A stretch of DNA of 64,000 nt, from contig NW_003526943.1 of assembly GCF_000181795.1 (NCBI RefSeq), positions 10,923,759 to 10,987,758 on the forward strand. Reading direction: 5' to 3'. Under the pieces are notes generated by a model. The model worked only from the letters and a program-made list of their open reading frames with translations. It was not told the origin of the DNA and did not search any database. This DNA is from Trichinella spiralis (Eukaryota). The position numbers were made by a program, and so were the translations under genes. Below, piece by piece: positions 44,744 through 56,430 of the stretch; the stretch's first letter is position 1; every line of letters starts with the position of its first letter.

Positions 44744-45754
44744 CATACAGTATCCCTGATATTTGAAATTGTTGTGATTCCATCATCATTGATCCTAATA
44801 TGATACCTACGCGCGCTATCGCTCTCTTTCTCTCTTTTTCTCTCTTCAGCTTGTATCTGATCGTCGTCATCCACGACATTTGGTGACCCGTAAGTGCTAC
44901 CTACCATGATGCCATCACGTCGTTCATGAATGACGCCGGGCATCCTTCGAGCAACGCAGTCTCAACCACCCTGACGATTCCAACCTTCAACACGGTCGAC
45001 CCAGAACTGTGGTTCTTGGGTCTCGATTTATTTTTTCAACGTCAGCATATCGTTGACGAAGTCGACGAACTTCACATGGCGCTCACCGCGATGCCTGACG
45101 AAGCGGTAGCGGAGTTCCGAGATTTTCTGCCGAACGCCTTAAACCTACCGGACCCGTTCACGACTTTTAAGCAGCTATGCCTGAAGCGCACGGCGCAAAC
45201 GAAAGACCAGCGCATTCTGCAAGCGCTGACGAATGAGGAACTCAACGACGGCAAGCCGTCGCAGTTCCTACGCCGGTTACAACGGCTCCTCGGCGGAGAT
45301 TCAGACGACATCGTCGGATCGTTATTCCTCAGCAGATTTCCGCTACCCATTCGCACGGCCTTCGTACCTTTCCAAGATCGGCCGTTGACGGAACGGGCAG
45401 AGCTGGCGGACCAAATAGCAGCACTCCAACCCACGACAGTCATCAACGCCGTTGTGGTAAATTTTAACGCTTGGCGAGAACAAAAATCAAAATTCAGGGC
45501 CGATTTTCCGGGAAACGTTTTTATTCGTTCAGGACTAAGATTCGCACACAATAACGCTATCAACAGAAGAAAACACACGCACTCTACAGAGCCGTCAGAT
45601 CGCACACACCAAAAATCCGGGGTCACGCGCACACCAACACTTCCTCCTACGGTAGATGGCCGACACTCAAGTTCTAGCATTCCGGTGACGTCGCCATGAC
45701 GCAATCTTGCGTCATCCCAAAACGGCCCATCACAACACACTCCCCCCTGATATC

Positions 45755-48679
45755 CTAATCACAACACAGGCGCGCGGTAGGCCTGCGAATTCTCGTCGAG
45801 CGCCTGGGTCCGACAGAGGCGGGCTCCGGTGCTGGTTCTGCAGACTGATCCGCATCCGCGGCGTCTCGCGGGCGAAGGTGGATGATCATCTCTTCTTCTT
45901 CGTCGGCGGTGTGCTCAGAGAAGTCGCTTGCAGCGCTCACGGACGGCATTCTGCGCCGAAGGTCTCTGACGTGTCGCGGCATCCCGTCGACCTCCACTGC
46001 CTGGTCAGAAACAACGCCAGTTACGGTGCCTTTTTGGTGTCGGGTGTCACATCTGGCTCCGGGCGGCCTCACCCATACCGAGTCGCCGACAGCGAATCGT
46101 CCGTTCTTTTCTTCAGGTTCTTTCGTTGCTCGGTCCACACCCCGCACCCTAACGGCGTATGCATGCACGACGTTAGCTGGGGCCGTCCACGGGTTGTGGC
46201 CGTCTCGCGGCGTAACGTTGTACAAGTACACCGCCTTTTCCACCATGCAATTCTTTCTCGCAGCGATGACCTTCACGCTTCGATGGCATCTCTCCGCTAT
46301 GCCATTGCCGGACGGCGCGTAGGCACATCGGTACCGCACTCGGACTCCCCACCGGGCGATGAACTCCGTAAAGATCCCTCCTCGGAAAGCGGTGTCGTTG
46401 TCCGTTAGCAGTTCTTCCGGGGCCCCCCGTTCGCAGAACACCGCCTCCAGCTGCTCAGTGACGTTCGCACTACAATGAACTCTCAGACGTCGCCAGACAG
46501 CAAACCGCGACGATCTGCAGTCGATGAGGGTCAGGTACGGTCGGCCTCTGACATGGGTGATGTCCATTCCAACCCTTTGCCATACCTCCTCAACCTCGAG
46601 ACTTCCTCGTTTCCACTTCCCAGGCGCCGGATCCAGCGACTTGCATGGCTCACAGCCGCTGATCACCTGTCGCACCTGGCGCTTGGATACTGTCGGATCC
46701 GTCCGCCTCGCGAAGTACAACGTTCGTCTTATTCCCGGGTGGCCCATGGCATGATGGACATCCGCGATCATTCGCTCCACGCCCAGAACCGCGGTCGCCG
46801 CACAGACGAGCGCCGGTCCAGCTGTGGGTGGCTTCAGCCAACGCCGCGGCACGCGGGTTAATTCGTCTGCCTTGTTGCACGCGGACTTCACAAGGTCGAC
46901 TTCCAGCTCCAATCCAAACTCCTCCACCAGCGATAGTATCATGCCCACCCTTCTTCGGATCAACATCTCACCTGACGCTTTCGTCTTCTGCCTGACTTTT
47001 CCGGAGAGGCCGTCCGACACCCATCGATGCACTGTCGCAGAGTCTGTCATCAATCGAATTCTCCTCATCTGCCAGCTAAGGGCCAGATTGAGGCCTTTGA
47101 TGACGGCATCCAGCTCAGCCATGTTTATGTGTTGGACGTCATCCGGGCGCAGCCACGCCGCGTCTTCCACGATCGAGCCGCCGACTTCCAGCGCTACGCC
47201 GATTGCCAGCGAGCTGGCGTCTACCCAAATTTTGGCTTCCTTCGCCGAAACGTCCCATCTCCCGCGCGCAGGGTCACGCTTCTTCACCGCCAACGCGGTC
47301 TCCTGGTTCAGCTCTCTCAGCTCGTCTCCGTCGATCACCTCATCCCAGCTAGTTGTGGCGTCGTTAGCCTTTCTTTTGATGTACGCCGCCGCTATTCTCA
47401 ACCATCCGCAGACCGGGAAGTGGCTAACCAGCTTTCCGCAGTACGAAAACACAGAGCGACAGGTCAACACGTCTGGCACCCCGCCCACGTTGTTGTCTCG
47501 CCTCCACATCAGCTTCCCTCGCTCCCCCCAGACCTTCAGTCCAAGGAGGCGGGCTCCGTCAGCGGCACGCTCGTGGGTTTTGCACGTCAGCCCATAGTGC
47601 GCCAGGTGTCGCTTCACGCGGTCCACGGCGACGACGCTTTCGTTCACCAGGATGTCGTCGATGTACGCCGAGGTTCTTTTCCTGACATCCGGATCCCGGG
47701 AGAGCACGCAGTTCAGCACGGCTTTCATCACCAATGGTGCGACATTCAGGCCGAATCCCAGTCGGGTCAGGCAGTAACGCTTGCCTTTGAAGACCACCGT
47801 CTGATATGGCCACAGGGATTTGTCGATACGGATCTGCAGGTAGGCCTTTTTCAGGTCGATCAGGGCCACGTTGACCCCCTGTCTGCGCCACTCGCGCAGC
47901 TTTTGGCTGCACACGTCCGCGTCGGCCGTATGGCTCTCAATGTGGGCGTTCAGCTTCTGGAAGTCCATCACGGGCCTGACCTTCTTCTTGTTTCGCTGGA
48001 TCACTGCCATCAGTGGCAGCAACCCTTTGGGAGGGCCGTGTTCGCTCTCGTCGTACGGCACGAGCCACCCGTCTTTGATCCACTTCCTGAGCTCGTCTTC
48101 ATACACGCCACGAGCAACGTTCGCCGGCGGGTACTCTTCTACTGTATTTCGCAGGACGCCGGGCTCCCCGGCGTCTGACCATTTCCACGCGGCGGTCAAT
48201 GAGCGCGTGGAGGGACAGTATGTCGCTGTGAAATCTTTTTCACGGATACTGATCCCGGCTTCGGCGGCCGCGCAGACTCCCGGGTCGTCCAGTCCAAACC
48301 GCACACATCGTCCGCCGGTCACCGTCACGCCGCCGAGCGCCGCTATGCCGTTCATGCCGAGTATGAGGTCGTAGCCGAGTGGCTTCGATCAGACCACTAT
48401 CACTTCAACCTGGATTGGACCTTTCCCATGGGGCCTTAGCTGCACGACGCCGGTGCCCTCGCACCCCATTGCTCGACCACACATCGTGGTGATGGCGACG
48501 TCCTCTTTTCGCCAGCTTCGGCAACACGAGGCATGGGCCACACACACTGAGCACCCCGTGTCCACCAGCACGCGGCGTCGTATGCCACCGACGTTCATAT
48601 GGACGGCGGGCAGCGCCTCGGTCAGTGGTCGCGGGGACAGAAGGCTGGCGCTGATGCCTCCGTCCCGAGCTCGTTTCCC
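45755..48679 (-). CDS. Pol (protease, RT, RNase H, integrase), entered by a -1 frameshift; one in-frame TGA at 48391-48389
   Basis: VLVDTGCS, ILGMN, DLKKAYLQ, RLGFGLNVAP, YIDD, WVDASS, HINMAEL, TDS, H..GHPG..C..C, VGMDIT, TDND, NGIAER. Slippery heptamer G GGA AAC at 48679-48673. Confidence 0.88.
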
Positions 48680-49407
48680 TGATGGGAAGCGGTGCTGGCG
48701 ACGCCCCGACGGCGTCCACGTCGGTTGCGAGTCAGCGGGTTCTGCGTACCCGGGTCGCCACCCTGTCTTCGAGCCAGACAATCTCTGGCGAAATGGTTCG
48801 GTCCGCCGCACTCGAAGCACCTTTGTCCGGGCGGCACTGTTGGACTCCGCACTCCGGGCCCCCGGGTGCTCAAGCATGCGTTCGGCGCGTCCACGGGTCG
48901 TTCATCGGTGATTATGGCTCGGGCGCGGATAAGAATCTGGCTGAGCCCGAGATCCTCCATTCGCGATCCCGCCCTAAGCAGCTGGCGGACGTTCTCTGGC
49001 AGGCCGGCGACGAAGGCGCACGCCAGGGCCTTCTCGGAAACCCCACCAAATAACGTCGCTAGCCTCCTCAGCTCCGCCAGGAACACATCAGGCGACTCGT
49101 CGGGACCCAGCTTTCTCGAGACGAACTGATCGTAGGCCACGAAGGGGTCAGCCGCAAAGGCGGCCAGCAACGCTTCCTTGACCTTGTCAACGCTTGACCT
49201 TTCCTGGGCGTTCAGCTGCAGGTACACGGCGAATCCACCGCCCGTCAGACGTAGCGGGATCACACTGGCCACATCACTAATGTCACGGAGCTTGCACACC
49301 AGCTCCACCTTCTCCAGCCACTCCACCACTGATTGTTGGGGTGATCCGTCGAACTCAGGGATCAACCGCAAGTCAAGCGACTTGTCAACTCCATTTCCGC
49401 TACCCAT
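48622..49407 (-). CDS. Gag with CCHC zinc knuckle
   Basis: LRLIPEFDG..VVEWLEKVELVC; CFECGGPNHFARDC. Confidence 0.9.
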   Translation of the reverse strand: MGSGNGVDKSLDLRLIPEFDGSPQQSVVEWLEKVELVCKLRDISDVASVIPLRLTGGGFAVYLQLNAQERSSVDKVKEALLAAFAADPFVAYDQFVSRKLGPDESPDVFLAELRRLATLFGGVSEKALACAFVAGLPENVRQLLRAGSRMEDLGLSQILIRARAIITDERPVDAPNACLSTRGPGVRSPTVPPGQRCFECGGPNHFARDCLARRQGGDPGTQNPLTRNRRGRRRGVASTASHQGNELGTEASAPAFCPRDH

Positions 49408-51690
49408 GGCCGCGATAGCTTGTGGTAAATTTTAACGCTTGGTGAGAACAAAAATCAAAGTTCAGGGCCGATTTTCCGGGAAACGTTTTTATTCGTTCAG
49501 GACTAAGATTCGCACACAATAACGCTATCAACAGAAGAAAACACACACGCACACACTACAGAGCCGTCAGATCGCACACACCAAAAATCCGGGGTCACGC
49601 GCACACCAACACTTCCTCCTACGGTAGATTGCCGACATTCAAGTTCTAGCACTCCGGTGACGTCGCCATGACGCAATCTTGCGTCATCCCAAAACGGCCC
49701 ATCACAACACAGCCGTCAACTCAGACAACGGCAGCTTCGAAAGCCGCTTGGAACGCTTCGAATCGCTATTCGAGAAATTCCTACAATGCCGCGACCAGCC
49801 GACAGATGACCACCGCCATCCAAGAAGCAGTCGCTCACCGACGACTCATCGACGCCGCTGGTTATCCCCAACCCGATCAGGCCAGCGCTCTCCATCACTG
49901 AGCAACCAAGACCAGTGGCCACCAACGTGCTTCTATCACCGCCGTTTCGGTGACCGAGCCCAAAAGTGCGCCCCACCCTGTTCGTGGGGAAACGACACCG
50001 GCGCACGACGCTAACGGCCACCGGGATTTTAATACATCAAACTTAAAGCTTAACTACATTTTAATTGATAATTTTAATTGATACCGGCGCGGCGGTAAGC
50101 TTGCTACCGGCCACCGGATCACAAAAACAACCGGTAAGCGCAACCGGCGTCCAATAAACCAATACTGCAAGCAATTAACGGAACCCCGGTCAGCCATCTC
50201 AGCAAGAAAACAATCGCCGTCCAGTTAGCCAACCTCCCAGCTTTGACCTGGACGTTCTTCGTCGCCGAAGTGGGAGTTGCCATCATCGGCACTGATTTTC
50301 TACACATCACGCCATAACGGTCGACATCTAACATTCAAGACTCACAATGGCATGCAACAACGCCCACACATTACCAATCAATGGCGCACTCGTCACTGAG
50401 TCCACCGACAAATACCAGTCGCTGCTTACGCATTTTTATCCACATCAGGACGCCACACAAGCCACAGTATAGCAGTTGGAACCGAACATCGTCTCGCACG
50501 CAATAGAAACAACTGGACAACCCGTCCAGTGCAAGCCCTGACGGTTACCGCCACACAAGCTACAGGTAGCCAAGGAACACTTCAACGACCTATTATGGCG
50601 AGGTATAATACGGCCGTCGAACAGCTGCTGGGCGTCACCACTGCACATGGTACCCAAGCAACAAACCGCACAGTGGCCACCGTGCGGTGACTACCGCGCC
50701 CTCAACCGCTGCACAACGCCGGACCGGTACCCACTGCCACATTTAGCCGGTTTCGCACACAACCTGCACGGTAAGCACATATTCTCAAAACTTGACTTAG
50801 CACACGCCTACTACCAGATTCTGATGCGGCCCCAAGACATAGCGAAGACCGCGATCACAACACCCTTCGGCCTTTTCGAGTTCCTCAAGATGCTCTTCGG
50901 CCTGCGCAACGCGGCCCAGAGTTTCCAACGGTTCACCGACACCGTCACCAGAGGCATCGAGGACTGCTTTGTCTACGTCGACGACATCTTGCTAGCGCGT
51001 CAGAAAAGGAACACCTTGTTCTCTTGAAGAAAATGCTGCAGCGCCTCAAAGCGCATGGCATCCAGGTGAACAAGGACAAATACATTCTGGCCGTCCGTCG
51101 CTCCATTTTCTGGGCCACACCGTCGATGCTAACGGCATTCGACCTCTTCCGGACAAAGTCCAAGCAGTCAAGGCCTTCCCGGCACCCAAAACCGGACGTG
51201 AAATCCGCTGATTCCTCGGCATGGTAAATTTCTACAGGCGTTTCCTCCCACACATCACGACCACACTAGCCCCCCTGGACGCCATTGCATCGGCCGCAGC
51301 TTCGATGAAGATCACCCTGACACATGACCAACTGCAAGCATTCAGTGCCGCCAAAGACGCCTTAACCAACGCCACGATGCTGCACCACCCCCAACCGACA
51401 GCGGATTACGCCCTCATGGTAGACGCGTCCGACCACGCAATCGGCGCAGTACTCCAGCAGCCCGCGAAAAACTCTTGGCGGCAGCTCGCATTCTTTTCAA
51501 AGCGCCTGACCGCAACACAGAAGTACATGTACCTGAGTTCCCTGACGTACAGTATCCCCGATATTTGAATTTGTTGTGATTCCATCATCATTGATCCTAA
51601 TACGATACCTACGCGCGCAATCGCTCTTTTTCTCTCCTCACCTTGTCTCTGGTCGTCGTCATCCACGACAAGAATGAATATTGTTGATGG

Positions 51691-54600
51691 AGAGAGCTCA
51701 CCACGCTCAAATCGAGCGTATCTTCTGTGAAAGCAGTTGCTGACAAGGAAGACCTGCAGCCAGCCGTTGAGGTCACAGAGGCAGCAGTCGCCACGGTGAT
51801 GACGCGGAATGAAGTTGCAGAAGAACTGGCGGAAGTGGTGCGGCAGTTGAAGGAGCTGCTGATGACGGACATCCCTGTGGCTGCGAAGAGAGCACCTTCC
51901 CAACAGCGACGCCGGCGGAAGAAGAAAGACCGCAGAGCGTGTTGGACATGTGGAAGACACATCAGTAGAGACTGCCAAGCTTCACCCTGTGATGAGCGAA
52001 CGTCCAAGGTAAGCAATACTGATTGAACCTTCCCCGTTGTTGTCATACGATACCCTGAGATTGAAACCCCGATTGTGGAGGGCTCCGTGGGAAGTGTGCG
52101 ATGCAACATGCTCGTGGATACTGGGTCCGCGGTAACCCTAGCAGACGAAAAATTCATGCGGGGCTTGAAGACCCTGTGGGACGTCCCGAAACCCGCGATT
52201 CCGCTGTAAACCGCAAGCGGGGACGAATTGCAGGTCACGAATGCGTGTGTCACCGAGATCACACTTGGGGGATCGGTGATCGTTCAGCACACCGTTTTGT
52301 GGATAAAGGGGCTTTCTCATAAGATTCTGCTTGGATGTGACTTCACGAGGTACCATGGGTGCACCCCAGACCCAACGGCAGGCTGTCTAAGGATGCAGCA
52401 GGGGTCATTCCGTTTGGGAAGTCCCATGCTGTTGCCTAGTTAGAGCGGAATCCCCGAGGCTTGATCGTACGGCCCACAGCCGGGTGAGGAAAGCAATGGA
52501 GAAAATGGTTGCCAGCGAGTAGGAGACGAGTGGTAGCCACCGATCAACGCTAGAGGCGATCCTGAGAGAGTTCGCAGACGTGCTGTCCATGTCAGATGAG
52601 GACCTCGGGCAGACGAGTGTGATACGTTACACCATTCACACCGGCGACGCCAAGCCAGTGATGGGTTCCCCAAGGCGGATCGCCCACCACCAGCGAACGC
52701 AGGTGGAATCCCTGCTGAACAAAATGTTGAGGCGAGACGTCGTGGAGCTGTCGAGCAGCCCCTGTGCGTCCCTTATTGTCCTCGTGAAGAAGGAGGATGG
52801 GTCGTGCCGGTTTTGTGTCGACTACCGGCTGTTGAACAATGTAACCCGGAAGGACGCCCACCCGCTCCCTCGGATCGACGACACGTTGCATGCGTTGGCA
52901 TTTACGCAGTGGTTTTCGACCCTTGGTCTTGGCAAGCGGCTACTGGCAGGTGGAGGGGGAGAAAGAGGACCGACAGAAGACGGCCTTCTCCACCCCTTAT
53001 GGCCTGTACCAGTTCAAAGTGATGCCTTTTGGACTGTTCAACGCGCCGGCCACCTTTCAGAGACTCAAGGAGACGGTCCTGAGAGTCCTGGTAGGGTCCA
53101 AGTGCCTGGTACACCTCGACGACGTCATCGTACTCAGCAGTTCTGCCGAAGAGCATACGGCCCGACTGCGCGGGGTGCTTCATCTCAGGGATGTGGGCCT
53201 GAATGTGAAGACAGAGAAATGCCGGCTCATGAAGAGGAAGGTGGCATTCTTGGGCCATATCATATCAGAGAAAGGCATTTCCACGGACCCAAACAAAACT
53301 TCCACCATGCGGGAGTGGCCGACACCGACTTGTGTAACGGAGTTGCGGCAGTTCCTGGGGCTGGCGTCGTACTACCGCAAGTTCGTCAACGGCTTTGTGA
53401 ACATCGCCGCCCCGTTACACCGGCTGTTGGAAAAAGGGGCTGATTGGGACTGGTCAAAAGCCTGTCAGTACGCCTTCGAAGCGCTGAAAAACCACCTTAC
53501 ATCGGCGCGCATCCTCACCTACCCTGACTTCCATGGTTAGTTCACTGTCGATGTGGAGACGGCCTTGGGGCGGTCCTGAGCCAGAGTGAAGGGAAAACGG
53601 AAAGAGTTGTGGCGTACGCAAGTCGCACGCTGACCAAAGCGGAGCGTTGGTATATTGCGCGACTCAGAAAGAAATGCTCTGCTTGGTATGGGCTCTGCGC
53701 GAGTTCCGGCCATATATTTATGACCAGCGATTCCTGGTGCGCACGGACCATAGTTGCCTGCACTGGTTGAGGAATTTTAAAGAACCAGAGGGGCAGGTTG
53801 CCTGGTGGCTGGAGAGTCTAGCAGAGCTGGATTTCAAAGTGGAACACCGAGCCGGACGCCTACACGGCAACGCCGCCGCACTATCTCGCGCCAGTTGTTC
53901 ACAGTGCGAACAACTTGTGGGGGGCAGTGCATGCGCAGTCCAAGCTGCAAAACTCTGACCTGAAGACGCGGCCCAGGGCTTCAGAGAACAGTTGTTGGCC
54001 GCCCAGCAGGCACATCCAGAGATCCGACTACTGCGGCAGTGGTTGTTTGGTCCGAGCTGGCTGGTGGACTGCCCCCCCCCGGAGTGTAGCCGCGACATGC
54101 ACGTGCTGTGGCAGCAGCGTCTCAGTTGGCTGGAGGAGGATAGCCTCATCTGGCAATTTCGCCACGGACTCACTGCTGAGGATGGGCTTAAGTGATGGTG
54201 CCGCGAAACCTCAGGAATGAAGTCATGCAATCCATGCACGATAGTCGGTACGCAGGTCAACTAGTTGAGCATCAGACTTTGGCACGAGTGAGTAGCCGAT
54301 TCTACTTGCCCGGAATGAGCGGCGACGTGCAGGCATGCTGCCGCACATACATGCAGTGTGCGATGAGGAACGCCCTGACGAAGAACAACCGTGCGCCATT
54401 GCAGGTCATCACCGCGGGATTCCTCCTGCAGCGATTCGGCGTGGACGTCCTGGGACCGCTGGAAACGTCCTCGTTTTGGAATCAGTACGTCCTGGTCCTG
54501 ACGGATGGCTTCATCAAGTGGACGGCCGCATTCCCCCTCACCAACATTTAAGCTGGTACCGTGGCCAAGATGTTGGTCGAGAAGTACATCGCGTACTTTA

Positions 54601-55100
54601 GCGCCCCTGACTACCTGCACAGCCATCAATGTCGCTCATTTGAAGCGTCGTTGATGATGGAGATGAGCCGCTTGTTCTGCATCAGGAAGACACGATCCTC
54701 TCGTACCATCCGCAAGGGAATGGACAAGCGGAGAGTTTCAACAGAACGCTCCTCGATATGCTGTCCATCATGGTCCGTGAAAACCCGCACCAGTGGGACC
54801 TCATGTTGCCGTTTGTCATGCTGGCGTACAACAGCAGCGTTCACGAGAGCACGGGGGTGACACCTGCGATCGCCATGTTCGGCCGAGAGCTGGGGCTGCC
54901 GTTGGACGTGCAGATTGAAAACCCGCCGGAGCAAGAAACCCAAGGGCTGCCGGAATACATCCGGAAAACCCGGGAGCGCATCGACCGTGTGTACGAACTC
55001 GTGATGGATCACCTGAAAACGCAGCAGCGTCTACAGAAGTGCCTGCACGACCGCCATGCAAATGAGACGCACTTCAGCAAGAACGACCGCGTGTGATTGG
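51691..55100 (+). mobile_element. Decayed Ty3/Gypsy internal fragment (gag end, PR, RT, RH, IN) without recognisable LTRs
   Basis: CWTCGR-HISRDC, MLVDTGS, RFCVDYR, KTAFSTPYGLYQFKVMPFGL, HLDD, FLVRTDH, GVDVLGP, YNSSVHESTG.TP; multiple stops and frameshifts. Confidence 0.88.
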
Positions 55101-56430
55101 CAGTATCAAGAAGACGGAAGCCATACCAAGAAGGTTCTGATAATTTTGCACTTAATTGCAGCATTTTGAAGTAAATGCAAAAGGCATTAATGCAGAATGA
55201 AACATTTCTCCAAAAGATGTTAAAAATTCTCTCACTAATGAAATAGAGAAGCGAAATGATAAATTCACAGTATTTTGCATGCGCGTGTATAATATAGTAA
55301 AAGATGAATTTTTGAACATGCAATAAACAAACGATGTTTAGCTTTTCAATACTGTAATAGGATTTTGCCAGATTGAAGACGACTCCACTACTTGAACAGT
55401 TTTACATTTGTTTTGTTTGATATATTTCAAGATCATCGACAGAGTTGAGAGGCATGAATTATTTATATTGATTGTAAAACTGTAATCTGCGTGGGGCAAA
55501 ATTAAGCCATGCACTAATCAATTAGCTTAAAATTCAATGCAGGGTCAGTCAGCTTGACGTGATAGCAGTGTTAAATAATGAATGATGGGATTGTATTACA
55601 TAGATTAGCTACGACAAAGCTGCCTAAACTAAACGATTTCCATCACCTGAAACTTCAGTGCTGTCAAGTGGGATAAATGGAATCTTGAGAAATGGAAAAT
55701 AAGCTTTTGATTCTAGAAAAATATATTATTAATACATTTTATGCAGCTTTTTTATTGGTTTTAGTTTTCCCATCTTGAGGATGCTAAGAAGAAATTGTTT
55801 TTCTCTGCTCTGGCATTGAAGCACAGAAAAGAACATAAAAATCAACATTCTCTAACATTAACAAACTCTTTAATATGTGCAAAATTTGAAAAAAACGTTT
55901 GTTTATTTGTTTGCTTTCTTTTTATAAAGTACAATTACATTTGTGTGATGGGGAATAAGTGCTTTCATGAGCTTTTTTAAATCCAATTATAGCCAATTGC
56001 AAAAACAAATAGTGTTAAACATTTGAATTTAAAATCTTATTCTGAATTTCAGTCCAATTTCTCAATATTATTATAGTGGATCGTTTGCAATAATAATTAT
56101 TATTTGATATTTAATTTTCCATGAAGCAGCAGTACTTAAAGTTGCACAATAACATCTTTGTACAATGCTAATAATTATCACTGAATGTTACATTAGTTGC
56201 AACACCTTTTGTTGTTGTTGATGAACTATTCTGCTGAGCGTATATTGAAGATAGGATGATAACAAGTTCAGTGGAAAAGAAAATTACTTTCATTAATAAT
56301 CTTCTTTTGAGATTCGCAATAATACATAAATTCTTTTGAAGTATAATTTCCAAAGTTAGCAAACTACAGAAATATTCATTATTTGTACTATTTGGTAGTT
56401 GTTTTACATATGCAGTGTTGAATTTCTCTC

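Larger units (their letters stand above)
45453..49711 (-). mobile_element. Full-length compact (4.26 kb) LTR retrotransposon with gag-PR-RT-RH-IN order
   Basis: LTRs 45453-45739 and 49421-49711, differing by about 6 substitutions plus small indels; TSD GCCGT (45448-45452 and 49712-49716); PPT 45740-45750. Confidence 0.95.
44418..51670 (+). mobile_element. CsRn1-clade Ty3/Gypsy element, decayed, integrase deleted; host to two nested insertions
   Basis: TSD AGAAT (44413-44417 and 51671-51675). Short LTRs 44418-44878 (split by a solo LTR) and about 51522-51670. PBS TGGTGACCCG (44881, tRNA-Trp type). gag IPTFNTVDPELWF...CFYHRRFGDRAQKCAPPC (CHCC knuckle), GGGAAAC slippery site, protease LIDTGA, RT YVDD, RNase H MVDAS. 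Several stops and frameshifts. Confidence 0.88.
35215..51690 (+). repeat. Segmental duplication copy 1 (about 6.9 kb of host sequence interrupted by LTR elements)
   Basis: Colinear with 56431-63161 from gatgtgcacgttcaat onward. Homology resumes after each insertion (44270-44417 and 51671-51690). Confidence 0.92.

Noticed and set aside
44926..45699. 257-aa ORF as an intact gene
   Set aside because: It is CsRn1-like gag reading through into the inserted LTR at 45453; the real gag resumes at 49717.
45707..49435. Many long plus-strand ORFs (233, 257, 383 aa and others)
   Set aside because: Antisense shadows of the GC-rich gag/pol.
55120..55330. FALNCSIL resembling PLSCSIL of antigen exon 3, as a third copy remnant
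   Set aside because: The match is too short, stops follow, and there is no other colinear similarity.
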